A stretch of 63,035 nucleotides of DNA, counting the filler, from Reticulomyxa filosa (Eukaryota; Protista; Foraminifera): assembly GCA_000512085.1 (NCBI GenBank). It is 15 parts of 15 records of this genome, joined end to end, with 100 filler letters (N's around TTAATTAATTAA, not from the genome) between each part and the next. Parts side by side here need not be neighbours in the genome. Positions count along the whole stretch, not along the records: positions 1 to 1,297 come from ASPP01035887.1; positions 1,398 to 4,345 come from ASPP01008990.1; positions 4,446 to 9,570 come from ASPP01024980.1; positions 9,671 to 14,589 come from ASPP01023281.1; 11 more parts are not named here. One strand, given 5' to 3'. The position numbers and the translations under genes are program-made. The notes below the pieces were generated by a model. That model searched no databases, was not told the origin of the DNA, and saw only the letters and a program-made list of their open reading frames with translations. Below are positions 1-12,600 of this stretch, piece after piece (position 1 is the stretch's first letter; each line of letters starts with the position of its first letter).

Positions 1-1297
1 TAAATTTATCATAAAGAAACACAAAAAAAAATTATTGTTTGTGTCGTATTAGATGTTGCAAAAACCTATTGAGTTGAGTGCATATTCTTTTATTTTTTTG
101 TTTGACTGACAATTCAAACTCCAATCAAATGCATATGCATGTGAAAAAAAAAAAATATGAAGATTGACAGCGATAATGTTAAACCACTTTGCTGGTGCTT
201 TGAAGCAAAAAAAAATAAAAAAATTGTTACTTTAGTAGTGAGCATATGATTTCCGTTCACATAATTTTTTTCCAATGGCTCATTTGGACCACTTTGCTTC
301 TGGTGCTGCGTCGCCATCACAATAATCTCTTTTCTGACTATTCGACGTGACTCAACGACGTGCCATATAAAAAGAACGGGTTGCTCTTGCCAGATGCACC
401 ATATTGTAAGCAAGCAAGCTATGTGTTGAACATTTGACCACGTATGACACTTTCGCTACCACAACATCAAAAAAAGAACTAAAAAAAAGTAAAGAAGAAG
501 AAGTTAGAGAGTGTTGGCTTAAAATGAAGCCATACAGCTAAAGTTTTTAGAGGAGAGACACACAAACGACGATGGAAAACATGAAAAGTTTCCATATTGC
601 CGAAATGCGGCTACACCTTTTTCTTTTCCAAAAAATGGAAAAAAAAACATTAAAATTTGATAGTAGCTTAGGATTAGATCCTAAGCTACCCATTCGGGAC
701 AATGTGTGAGTTTTTCTGATTTATATTGGAATTCAGATATATATGCATTCATCAAATGGATATTATTCATGATTCGATCAACAAGTTTGTAAATATTTGG
801 AACTTTATTTACACAACTTTCTTTGATATTATGATTTGTTAATAGATATTAAAGATATTTTTGAAAAAGAAAATTTTGCGTTCAAATATTGTAATGTTGT
901 TTCTTTTAGTCCGTGTAAATTAAATTGGTATTTGTGTTGAAACTGTGGATTGATGTGTGCTGAAATGTATTTGAGTATTACTAATTTGTTCAAATTCAAC
1001 ACTAGTAATGACAGATTAACAGCAATTACAATTGATAAAGCACAAAAGTTGTTTTATTTTTTTAAATAAAAATATTACAGGTGCAAAGTACAAAAGGAAG
1101 ATTGGTGAAAAAAAGTTCTCCCTTGTTTCCACACGACACAGAACGAAGAGTGGAAAAAAAATTTTATTTGAGAGCAACTTGGATTATTTGAGAGGAGGAA
1201 ATTCATAAGTAGATTCCAAGTATTGACGCACTTGTTGCAAGTTATCAAATACGTGAATGCCTTGGAGTGCATAGTCTCTTATTTCTTTTTTATCAAA

Positions 1298-1397
1298 NNN
1301 NNNNNNNNNNNNNNNNNNNNNNNNNNNNNNNNNNNNNNNNNTTAATTAATTAANNNNNNNNNNNNNNNNNNNNNNNNNNNNNNNNNNNNNNNNNNNN
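1298..1397. other. artificial contig-joining spacer
   Basis: N44-TTAATTAATTAA-N44 (stop codons in all six frames); identical at 14 sites. Confidence 0.98.
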
Positions 1398-2360
1398 TTT
1401 TTTTTTTTTTTTTGAAGTTTCAAGAATTTTCTTTTTTTTGAAAGATAATGCAACACAAGAATATTGAATAGAAAGATAGCATGGAAAGTTTGTTCGTACC
1501 TGATTTCTTTTCTAAAAAGCCGTGCAACTGTGGCAGCTGCAATACATTGAGTTGCATTTCTTGAATTTGCGCGGTCGTGTCTTTTCGTGGGGATTGACTA
1601 TTGCTCGGGGCGGTCATCAAGGTATGCGGCTGTTCCCCTTGTGGAGCATTTGGAGTAGCCACGGGCTCATGTTCACTGCCTCCTTTTCTTTTACTGAAAC
1701 TTTGGCGCAACGCCTCAATCTTCTGCGAATAACGTTGCAATTCTTCTTTGTCTTGAGTTTTGCGCTCATGTAAGTCCTTTGCCAAACTAGCCACGTCTTT
1801 TTTTTTATACGTACCATTTACACATACCTAAACAAACTGCTATTAAAAAAAATTTTTTTTTTTTTTAATACTTTTTGAAGATGAACAACAGTGAGTGCGG
1901 ATATTGTTATCTTTCCTTCCCCACTATCCGTTTTTTTTTTTTTCCCTTCCCTCCAAAAAATACACACCGGCTGACCATTAACAGGTGCTGGATTGTTAGG
2001 TTCGTTGCATTCTCCCGTTTCCAACTCCAAATTATCTACTAGCTCGTGGACGTTCGCCTCGTCTAGTTTCAACTCTTGACTTTGGATGGATGTATGTGCT
2101 GCAATTGTTTTCTGCTTTTCATCTTCATCTTCGTTTGCTGATGCCTTGTTCAGTGTTGACTCGTTGTCACTATTAATTGGGTTTTTTGTGTCTTTCGTTG
2201 TCTTGTCGTTTTCGTCCTCACTACTCTCTCTTGTTTTCTCCGACAATCCCCACTCTTCTTCAAACTCCTTGTCGTCCAGCTGATCCAACACTGATAATAT
2301 GTCTAGTGACAGATCTGCTACGGTCACAGCTTCCACGGCTAAATTATCATCACCAAGCAT
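1398..2360 (-). CDS. uncharacterised acidic/coiled-coil protein, possibly entering a PH domain (3'-truncated, spliced)
   Basis: ATG at 2360 opens an acidic exon that is spliced to the exon in ORF 1420..1794. That exon ends in LHGFLEKKSG, which resembles the first strand of a PH domain, just before the contig end. Confidence 0.5.
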
Positions 2361-2945
2361 TTGAACAATAGCTCACCGATTTTTAAAAATACTTAAATCG
2401 TCTTTATTTTACAATGCTAACGAACATTCTTTTTAGTAACCGCAAAAAAATTTATACAAAGCATGCCATTCATATAGTCTTTTAATATGATGTACACTTG
2501 GTAAATTCTGCCACAGTAAACACGGGTTTAATGATTATTGCAATCTATTTGAATAATATCCAGCTGTAACATTGTTATAATTAGAGTGTTTTGATCAATT
2601 ACATGGAAACAAGGATCATAACTTGATAAGCCAACACAAAATAAACAATAATAATTTTACAGTTTATATAATTTTTGTCAGTGCTTCACTGTTCTACTTT
2701 GGATATTTCAACAATTTTTTAAAACTGTTTGACGATTTCAGAAAAATATGTTCACTATTTCGAGTAGTTGTTACCAAATTATATTGAGAAACTACATTAT
2801 CGAACAAAAAAGAACTGACAACAACCACCGATAATAGATAAAACAAAACACTTTTTGTTTCGTTTGGTATGGTTAGAATTACTCGTCCACAGACAAGTTA
2901 AAGAATCTAAGAACTTGTATTATTGAGGAAAGAGAAAAAAACAAC

Positions 2946-4295
2946 TCAAAGTTTGGCCTTTGGAGCCTTGAATTTATTTTTTAGACCATCCCAACATTTG
3001 TAATAATCGGATTGCAGTAAAGGTTTTTCCAAGGCAGGTTTTGTGACTCGCAGCAAGTAGCACGACTCAAACATGAAAGCCAAAGCTTCCGTTTTAGGCT
3101 AAAAACGAACCCCACACATCAACCAACAAAGTTTGTTTTCAATGAATTGACAAAAGAAAAAAAAAGGAGTCAATTAACTGGGATAGGCACTTGAGGTTCA
3201 ACCGAAGCTTTTTCAAAAGCATCACTATCAGGACCATGAGGCGACATGCACGAGTGCAAGCTTCCACCCCCAGGCAGAAATCCCTCTGGTTTTGCTTCAT
3301 ATTGGCCATAAATATTGCCCATGTACTCGGACATGCAATTTCTGTGACATTTCACACAACCAGTCAAATCACGTGATACTTGCCCATTTAAGAAACAGAG
3401 CAAAGAGAGAGAAGAGAAATTTCAAAAAAAAGAAACGACTCCAAACGCATGCATCAAACCTGTGGTAATAAGGAGGCCGGAAAGTATCCGTGTGCACAGA
3501 CCAGCGAGGAGGGAACACGACAAAGTCGCAAACAGCCACGCCCGGGTTAGCCGTTTGAGCAGTTAAAACTATTTATTTTTCACAGACAATTCACAATAAT
3601 AATAATAATAATAATAACTAATAATAATAAATAAATAAATAAATAGTGAACCTGTAAAGATAGAAGGATCCATGTGGTCAAAAGTAACCGAGTTAACGGC
3701 ACAAAACAAACGCAAATCATATCGGTAAGGGACATAATTTCCATGCCAGCCAACGACATCAAATGGACTGCTCTTTCGATTGCATCGGAATAGCTTTCCA
3801 AGGAACTTTTGGACAATGTAAAAGTTCCCTTCAAAGTTTTCAAAACTCGCGACGGGGGTTTCAAAGTCTCGTGGGTTGGCCAAGCCATTTGCGCCAATGG
3901 GACCCAAATCTGGGATTACAAAATGTCCTTCAAATATTTCTGCAATGTACGCTCGTGATGGTCCTTTTTTTATTATTTGTTTATTTATTTAATGTATTTT
4001 TCCTCTCTCTCTCTACATACACATTCAACTCGTGTGTTCAAACAAAAAATAAAATACCTTTGACAAAAACAGCAAATTGGATGCCCCTTTGAATGACGGC
4101 GATGTAATTAACTGGCACTTCCAAACATCCACATTCAGTACGGATCAGCAAGTCTCCCTCTTGCGGCACGATCAATAGATCTGCGTCACTGTTTACCATT
4201 GCTGAATCAAGCATCGACTCGTTCCACGCGGCGATGTGAATTGCTATCCCTGCCTTCATCTCCGCACTTCCGGAACCACAGATCGTGTTCCAGCC
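2946..4295 (-). CDS. HGD: homogentisate 1,2-dioxygenase (5'-truncated, 5 visible exons)
   Basis: Motifs [92 protein letters not shown] and LAFMFES across GT-AG-bounded exons; stop at 2946-2948. Confidence 0.97.
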
Positions 4296-4345
4296 CTTTT
4301 TTTTTTAAAAAAAAAACCAAAGTTTTCAAGTTTATGAACATTCTT

Positions 4346-4445
4346 NNNNNNNNNNNNNNNNNNNNNNNNNNNNNNNNNNNNNNNNNNNNTTAATTAATTA
4401 ANNNNNNNNNNNNNNNNNNNNNNNNNNNNNNNNNNNNNNNNNNNN
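4346..4445. other. artificial contig-joining spacer
   Basis: N44-TTAATTAATTAA-N44. Confidence 0.98.
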
Positions 4446-4495
4446 CTCTATAAGGTGCCATTTTAGGTGTCAACTTTACTTTGCATTCTACTGTA
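4446..4495 (-). mobile_element. terminal inverted repeat of a putative pogo/Tc1-mariner-type DNA transposon or MITE
   Basis: Exact reverse complement of 47053..47102; reads TA+CAGTAGAATGCAAAGTAAAGTTGACACC on the minus strand. Confidence 0.65.
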
Positions 4496-5424
4496 CCTAT
4501 CAACCAGCTGATCTTTTTATTTTTTGGCGGAGACTTGTAATGTATAGAATGCCGTATAAATTCCTCCCATTACCTCTCAAATGCATCGACTGAGACTCTC
4601 AACGTCATTAGCGGAGACTCGTAGTTATTCACACTACCTCTCAACGATCTTTTTATGAGCATGAGACACATAATGGTTAGGATATTCACATCTTTGCAAA
4701 TCTATATCCATTATATCTCATATGCCTTTATTTCCATCTTCTCCATACTAACTTCTGTTCTTACTTCTTTTTCATTCACAATAACAATCATTTATTAGAT
4801 ATATCTCGTTTCAATCATCGCATGTCATTTTGATAATTATTAGAACAGTAAAAGAAAGATTTAATGATATATTATAAAAACAGATCCAAAAAATTTATGA
4901 AAACGATTTTGAGTCCATTATGACTCTGATTGTTGCTGATGTTTCTGAGGCGTTTTTGGTATTAACAATGGAAAATTTCATTTTATGGATCAATTTGAAC
5001 TATTTTTTTTTATTATTATTGATCTCAACACAGCAAAATTCGAATAAATAAATCAAACGTATAACAAAGCAACTCAAAAATTTCTTTTTATTTATTACAC
5101 CATTTATTTTTTTTAGAGTCCCAATACAATTGATGTTACAACCAAATTTTGTCCAACTTTTAGTGATTCTTTTAAAAAAGGAAATTCAGATTCATCTTTT
5201 TTAATCATTTTTGTATATTGACACATTTAATTATTTGAAAGGATCCAAAAATAGTATTCAATACAATGGAGAATTTACAATTTACTTCAACTGAAATTAT
5301 ATATACAAATTCTAAAAAATAGAAAAACTTGAGTTTATGATATAAATGTATTGTAATTTACTAATAATTTAATTTTCAAAATTCTTTCGTTGATTTCATT
5401 AATTAAAAAATATTTAAGTGCATA

Positions 5425-5590
5425 TTACATAGCTGAACTCTTATGGAATTGAGGCTCCTGTTGGGTTAAACTTTCTTCACTTCTTGTTTTATCTTTCTTT
5501 TTTACTTATTGAGTTATCGTTTTGGTTATTTAATTTATTTTGTTTTACTGAAAACCACTCTCAATTCGAATAAAATCTTTTCGTATTACA
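5425..5590 (+). mobile_element. degenerate LTR copy
   Basis: Aligns by eye with the 46248..46439 element (GAAC..GGAA..GGGTTAAACTTT..TTATTTAATTTA..TTTTCGTATTACA). Confidence 0.55.
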
Positions 5591-5748
5591 TTCAGAAAAT
5601 AATCAAAATGTTTATACTTAAACATTGACAATAAAAAATTAATCAAAGGTTATCAATTGCCAAAATATTTGTTATATATTTAGTAAAATGATTAAAATAC
5701 ATACTCAGCATTCAGCAGAATTATTTATCTGGCTATCAAAATTATTAA

Positions 5749-5905
5749 GTGAACGAAGGAATCTACATTAGGTTAAACTTTCTCAACAAACCTACTTCTT
5801 ACTTTCCTTTTGTTATTTTGTTTTATTATTTAAACTATTCTCTTCTTAGTAAACATCTCTCGTATTACAGTTAGTACACCAATACTATCAACAGATGTCC
5901 TACAT
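5749..5905 (+). mobile_element. degenerate LTR 3' part plus start of internal region
   Basis: Ends TCGTATTACA (5869), followed by GTTAGTACACC...GATGTCCTACA, matching the sequence that follows the 46248..46439 LTR. Confidence 0.55.
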
Positions 5906-6327
5906 GCTAGAAAATGCTCTTTATATACATTTTTGAATTAATTTTACGATCTATCTCTTCAAAAAAAAAGAGAAAAGAGCTATATTATTTTCAAAAATAT
6001 TTTATAAACTGCTTAGTAAAGTTTTAAAAACTACTTTAAGTGTTCGAGTAATATTACAAATCAAGTCAGCCATGATGATGAAATTATTGGATATTTTTCT
6101 ATTGAATCAGTTTGTTGTAGCTATTGTCCAAAGTAATAAGTCTTCCCCCTTTGTCACCTCTGCAAGTTATTAAGGATGATCACCTTGTTCGACTGAGACA
6201 GTTATTTGAAGAGCTAGAGATATTCCCAGCAGATTGGTCGAACTGAAAGGCATATTTTGCCGACTGAATAGCCTTTTTTAAAAAAAAAAAAAAGCAAAAG
6301 GTGATTAGACCAATTTTGTGTATCCTC

Positions 6328-6370
6328 TGTAGGGCAAGTCCCTATTATAAGTATCCGAACGTCAAGGGGT
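6328..6370 (+). mobile_element. 5' fragment of the same LTR, including its TATA-like box
   Basis: TGTAGGGCAAGTCCCTATTATAAGTATCCGAACGTCAAGG versus TGTAGGGCAAGGCCCTATAAATATCTGAACGTTGAAGG read on the minus strand from 46439. Confidence 0.6.
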
Positions 6371-6405
6371 GTTCAAAAATAGAACTAAATCCAAATCCTT
6401 GTGAA

Positions 6406-7149
6406 ATGAGCCGACATTTAGAAAAGGAGTTGATGAGTTTGAGACATCGAGCCAAACAACTGAGCGATGCTTTGAGTAAAATAAATATAAATGATCCAAA
6501 TCAACACTGGAAAGTATTTTTGGACCAATTTAAAGTAATTTGTCAGCAATTGGCATTCTTACAGAGAGAATTGGCCCCACAAACGAATCAAATTTCCAAG
6601 TTTGTGATACAGCCTACAATCGATCATTTCGACTGTACACAGCTTGGTATTAAAAAAATTCCTCAAATCGAAAGTGAAGTCCGGGCCTTAGTCGACCCAA
6701 GCGGCAAAAATGACGAGTTTTCTTGTTAACGCCAGTTGCACTGCAGCAACGAATGGAGAGTTTTACGCAAATGTGTATTAATTTGCAAACATTTAACTAT
6801 CAAATTAAGTCACAAAAGCAAGAATCTCAAAATGACACAACAACGAATGAAGATAATCCAACTACAGCAATGACCGGGGTGGAATGACAAGCAATGTAGT
6901 TGAAATAAATGATGAGGAACTAGACAATGAAGAAAAAAAATCACAGAAGAGTTGTTGCATGCCAGAGCACTTGTATCATATATGTTTTCTGGAGTCATTC
7001 CTCCAAAAAACTTTAAAAGTGAAAGACACCAAGTAGATAAAAAAGATAATTCTGAGTCAAAATCACTTGATGCGGTAATGAAAGACAAATACAAACCCAC
7101 TGACCTTTTCTCAAACGAACAAACTTTGAAAGGTCACCCAACTCAATAA
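6406..7149 (+). CDS. MED8: Mediator complex subunit 8-like (three apparent 1-nt homopolymer deletions)
   Basis: WKVFLDQFKVICQQLAFLQREL, FVIQP, LGIKKIPQIESE, LQQRMESFTQMC and ALVSYMFSG occur in Med8 motif order. The frame is restored by adding one base each at T4 6718-6721, G4 6876-6879 and A8 6933-6940. Confidence 0.7.
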
Positions 7150-7695
7150 GTTTTTTCTTTTTTTCTTTTGGCCAGTCAATTTTCATCCGAACTCAGCACT
7201 TATTTATTAATCGTATTTCCAACGTTAAACCATTTCATTGAAACTTTTCGTTCAGCTTTTTTCTAAAAAAAAAAATTGCTTCTTTGTCAATAAACCAAGT
7301 CACAATGAAAATGAGGTTATTTGCAAAAAAATTCGACTTCAGTTGAAATCACACATTCCAATTTATCCACACACAAAAAAAAAAAATAAAAAAATAAAGA
7401 TAAGAAAAAAAAAGCAAAACAAATAAAGAAAGTTTTATTTTTATTTTATTTTTTGAATAAGAGATATAAAATGGGAGGAGCCACTTTACCGTTGGAACTT
7501 GATTGGGCTACTTCTTCAAAGACAATTTTGTGCCATCAGGATGAGAACAAAAAAAAGAAAAAAAAAACATAGACAAGTGCGTACAAAACAACAAAATAAC
7601 ACAAACAAAGCATTAAAAAAAAATTTCACGAGGACGCAATAACAACAACAAAAGAGCAAAGCAAGTAAACAAAGCGAAAGCAGTAAATAAAGCAA

Positions 7696-9087
7696 TTAAG
7701 TGTGTCCAGCCCATTGTTGGGACGAAATGAAGACAAGAGTTTCGGTGGTGGGATGGTGGTTGACGACAGTAGAGTTGATAGGGAGAGTGGGATAGGAATG
7801 AACGGACGGTAGTTGGAGCGGTAGAGGCAGTGACATTGGCATGGTCATTGGCAGTGTGGACGATGAAGTCGGGGTCGAGGTCAGAGGCGGAGGTGGAGGT
7901 GGAGGTGGAGGCGTGACCGGGAGCAAATACGAACAAACAAAGAGAGGTAAATTAGAAGTGGAGGCGTCAATAAGCAATGTAGTGTTGTCAAGACAATTGG
8001 CAGACGAGTGATGGTTGTGGTCGTAGTACGCAGTTGTGTCATGATTGAGACGAACGGCGGGAGGAGTGTGCCAATGAATCGAAGACATATTTCCACGACA
8101 AAGATGGAAACAAGTGGTTGGAAAGGACCAATTCATTGTCGGATTACTGTTGTCGTTGTGGTCATTGTCGTCATTATGGCCGTGGTCATTGTCATTGTTG
8201 TCATTCTCATTCTCATTCTCATTCTCATTCTCATTGCTCGCATTGTTCGACAATGAAAATGTTGATATCTCGTTCGAAGGTACGTCAATTGTATTGTTGT
8301 TTTTGAGTTGATCGTTCTATTTTTGGTTGTATATGTACATATTTATTATATATATAAAGATTTATCATATAATTATATATGTACATATACAAACTACGTA
8401 TTGCTGATATCGCTGTTTATGATCGGCCAAATCATCGGCGTCCAAAAGATGGACTACCATTTTGTCAATCAAAGATTGCAAGGAGTAGTTAATAGCAAAC
8501 TTGTTCTCCCATGTCATGGGCGTTTCACAAGGACGACGACAGATAGGACATTTGGGCGACGATAAACAACTACTATGCTTCATATGCTCTTTTAAACACA
8601 TGTAACAAAACGAATGTCCGCAATGCAATGTCACTGGTGCTACATACGTTTGTGTGCATATCCCACATTCAATGTCTTGCTTCAATGTCACTATCACATT
8701 TTTCTCTCTTTTGTCGTCCTTCTGTTCCATCCTTGTTTTTGTTCTCTTTTCCTCGTTTCCCTTCCCTTTTTTTGATGTTTTTTTTTCCGTCTTCGCTTTT
8801 TTCTCTGCTTTTCTTCTTTTTTTTCCTTTCACTGCCTTCCCTTTGCTATTCCAATTTCTTTGTCTATCAATCTTTTTTTCACTTAGCTCGGCTCTTTGCT
8901 CTTCTTCTTGCTTCTTTGTGTTATTTCCTTGCTCTTCTTTATCAGCTTCACTTTGCTTTTCTACGCACAGACGACGCGAACGCTTTAACGGCCGTTCAAA
9001 CGCTTCCAATGATTGTGAAGCTTCCAAATCTAAACAGCGTTTTCTCCCATTTCGTTTCAAGCGATCAGCACAGCCTGAAGCATCCAT
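7696..9087 (-). CDS. RING finger (C3HC4) protein, putative E3 ligase, with Lys-rich N-terminus and Pro-rich C-terminus
   Basis: CGICTQTYVAPVTLHCGHSFCYMCL...CPICR; a phase-0 GT-AG intron near 8319-8397 joins it to ORF 7696..8253; 3' end uncertain. Confidence 0.85.
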
Positions 9088-9570
9088 TATATTATTATTA
9101 TTTCTAATCCAACCCCGTAGCACAAAAATCTTTTCGGTGAAATAAACAAAGACAAAAACAAATTGTTGAAAACTTCTGTAGAATTCAATCAAAAATCTTG
9201 TAAATTATTTTTCTTAAATTCAAAAATGATTTTTTGAAAGGAAAAAAAAATAGACATACGATTACTATGCCTTGTCTTGGAAATACGGTGATGCTAAGAC
9301 CAATTGACTCGTTTAGCACAATGCACGAGCCCAATTTGGAAGGTTACCATCACATCTTCGTCGACAGCGTTGAACACTAGACTTTTCATCAAATCATCTA
9401 TAACTACCATTTAGGTAGTTATAAATGTAACAATGTCCTTGCTCCCTTACCTTATATAAATTCTCATGGCACACACTTTTTTTTTTTTTAAACACAAAAC
9501 TAGTCAAAAAATGTTTTCTAATTTGTTCTTGCTTGTTATTACTTGTTCTTGCTTTGCCATTGTTTGCCAT

Positions 9571-9670
9571 NNNNNNNNNNNNNNNNNNNNNNNNNNNNNN
9601 NNNNNNNNNNNNNNTTAATTAATTAANNNNNNNNNNNNNNNNNNNNNNNNNNNNNNNNNNNNNNNNNNNN
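9571..9670. other. artificial contig-joining spacer
   Basis: N44-TTAATTAATTAA-N44. Confidence 0.98.
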
Positions 9671-12600
9671 ATGAATGCCCTTTCGTTTCAGTGTGCCCAG
9701 CAGAAGTGGAGGGGGACAAACAGAGGAGAAATCTTGAGTAAAACCTTTGGTCAGTTAACAGCAGCATGAAAGTGTCGCTGGTGTTGGTGGTGCTGCATGT
9801 ATTGAATGTATTTGCTATGACGTTAAACACAAGTGAGAGTAACACAAGTGTGACGAACAAACAAAAACATTTCAATCAACATATCAATATGAACGTAATG
9901 GCAATATCACGTGATAAATTGCTCAATAACAGAAAATTGGAAACATTGACACATGAGCAATGTCTACAATCATGCAACAACATGGCAAGCGCATCCTCAT
10001 TGCAAATTTCTAACAATGAGTTGATGCAATCAACAAATAAAATTATACGTATTTTCCAAAGCACTCTGAGTGCCAGGCGCTGTTAGCACGAATGAGGAAA
10101 ATGGGCTACAACGCAGCCGACGAACAAGTTGGTCGTAGTGCCCATCTTCGTTTGTGCAAATCAGCAATCTATTACCAAAGGCGTGATATCATATGGCACT
10201 TAGCCTTTAACACAATCTTCGCAATAAATGGACAAATTGGCAATTATCACAAATCATATTCACCAACATATTGCTCAAAATCAAATAAATTTTCGCATAA
10301 TACTAAATCTCAATTGCTGTCAATTCAAACGTCGACGATGCCATGGATGTTGCCAAGTTATTTTTGTCTTCGTTTCTTTATTGCTGTTTAATGATAGATA
10401 TTATTGTTTTGCTTGTTATTTATGTATAGAAAATAATTGTCAAAATGGTCAATTGCAGGCATTATGTGGCAAATAGTAGTTGGAATTATAATAAATATTA
10501 TAACCACTTAATATGGTTTAAAATAAGATTGCAAATGCCCAAGCGAAGGTAAAGTCTTTGTTTTTCGTTATATTCAATTTATAACAATGTCTTGTGTGAT
10601 TTGCAATAGAACAGCACAATAGAATGAAAATAAGAAAATGGGGTAGCAACCACCCCCCGTCTCCGCAAGGAGAACAAATGGTTTGTCCTATTTGTTTTTT
10701 TTTTAATATATTAAATATTGTATATGTATTATATAGGTTCCCCCGTCACTCCAAGATTTCATTTATATGTACCCCACTCCACACAAAAAAAAATAATGAT
10801 GATCATGGGGTTGAAGTCTACCCCGTTTAAAAAAAAAACAAAAAAGGTTTGTATATATTTTTTATTTATTTATATATGTATACCTTTGTTATAAATGCTT
10901 GTTTTTCTTGTGATTAAATAGGAATTCCCCCTAAAATGAAACATATATTTGTATATTTATTTTATTTATTTATTTGTCCCCTCCTAAAAAAAATACAAAC
11001 AAATGTGAATTGCTTCATAGGAAAAAAGAAATTCGCGTTTGGGTCGTGACAAGCTCATAATAGTTATAAATATATTTTTGGTTTGTTTTTAAAAATTATA
11101 AAGCATAACTTTGTGTCTGCATAAGGTATCCGGTGCATCAAAAAACCGTAAGGTATTATTTCTTTGGGGGGTTGAAAAAAGGGGATAAAATGAAGAATAA
11201 TTTGAAAAAAAAAGGAAGTAATAAAAATAAAATAATAAATGAAAAAAAGGGAGGAATTTAAAAAAAATGTATAACAAAAAAAAGAATGAAATAATAAAAA
11301 AGAAATAATAAATAAGAAAAAAAATTGGAAAAAAAAAATGTAGTAATAAAAAAAAAGGATGAATAATGAAAAAGAAAAAAGGTAAAAAAAAAAGAACATA
11401 ATGGAAAAAAGAATAAGAAAGAAAAAAATAAATGAAAGAAAACAAAATAATAATGAAATTGAAAAAAAATGTTACCCCGCGAGGATAGCGACAAAGTTAA
11501 GTGTGATATCCTTTTTTTTATTTGTGTTTGTTTGAAAAAAATAAATTTGGGACATACTTATCAAATAGAAAAAAGCAGAAGAAGAAGAAGGAGTAGATTA
11601 ATGAAGAAGAAAAAGAAAACAACAATATTTCCAAGACACAATGACATGAACTTCGCGTGGAAGATAATAAGGTCGTGATATTTGCAATTTGATTACAAAG
11701 AACAGTGGCTATATCATCAAGGAATACTGGAATGAAATTATTAAATGGATTATTTCGTTATATGATGGAATACATTTGAAAGAATATTGTGGTTAAAAAA
11801 ACGTTGATTACTTTTGTCTTTTTTCTAAACAATTTGCATTATTGTTTTTGTACTTGTAACAGCTAGAATACTTGTGATGTAGGTGGTAGAATCGCAAATG
11901 ATAAAGAAGAATTAGATGTCCAGACATACAAAATCAAACTTGCTGTCTTGATTATAATGAAGACATTACAAAAACTACGTGCATGCGATATGAGAAAGTA
12001 ATAATGTGGTGACTCGACTTTAATGCGAAAGTATATGAAGATGTTGGATCGGTCTACAGTATCGTGAGTACGATCGTCAATCAATTAATTGATATTTTCC
12101 AATGTGATATACTGGTCAAGAAAATAAAGTCCTGTGGCTATATTAATATCTGCGTCCTCAAGGATGACTCGTTTCATTAATATATAACCAGTCTGCAATT
12201 GTAAACACGAACGCGACCAATCATTCCGCGTTGAAACAATTCCGATCCACTTGGTCAAATCCTACGTGCCCAAATATTGTCATCAAAAGTAGAAAAAGTC
12301 GATTTGTTGAATTCAATTTGGAGAAAGTAGTTTTCTCTTTCTCTTTCTTTGATACTCTTCAATTGGTGTGTTATTCCTGTATATATGTATATAAATATAT
12401 ATATATATAGATGTCCAAGTGAAAGTGTTAGAAATTATTAATATGTCCATAGCATAGTACTACAAATTTCTCCTACTCAAATCGTGTGCCGCAAACAATT
12501 AAATATCGAACATTGCAATAGACTTACTAATGTTGCTTTAACTTTGATATGTCATCAAGTAAATTTATTATTTTCTGGAAAATGACGGAACGCAATTATA

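Noticed and set aside
6880-6930. Stop-codon reassignment (TGA/TAG/TAA read-through) in Med8
   Set aside because: An alternative frame (GGMTSNVVEINDEELDNEE) is open once the homopolymer indels are allowed, and other genes end at standard stops
8008-9145. Plus-strand ORFs rich in Phe/Leu/Ser or His/Cys (including a metallothionein-like one)
   Set aside because: Antisense shadows of the low-complexity parts of the RING gene
11064-11494. Phe-rich ORFs as membrane proteins
   Set aside because: Translation of an A-rich low-complexity tract
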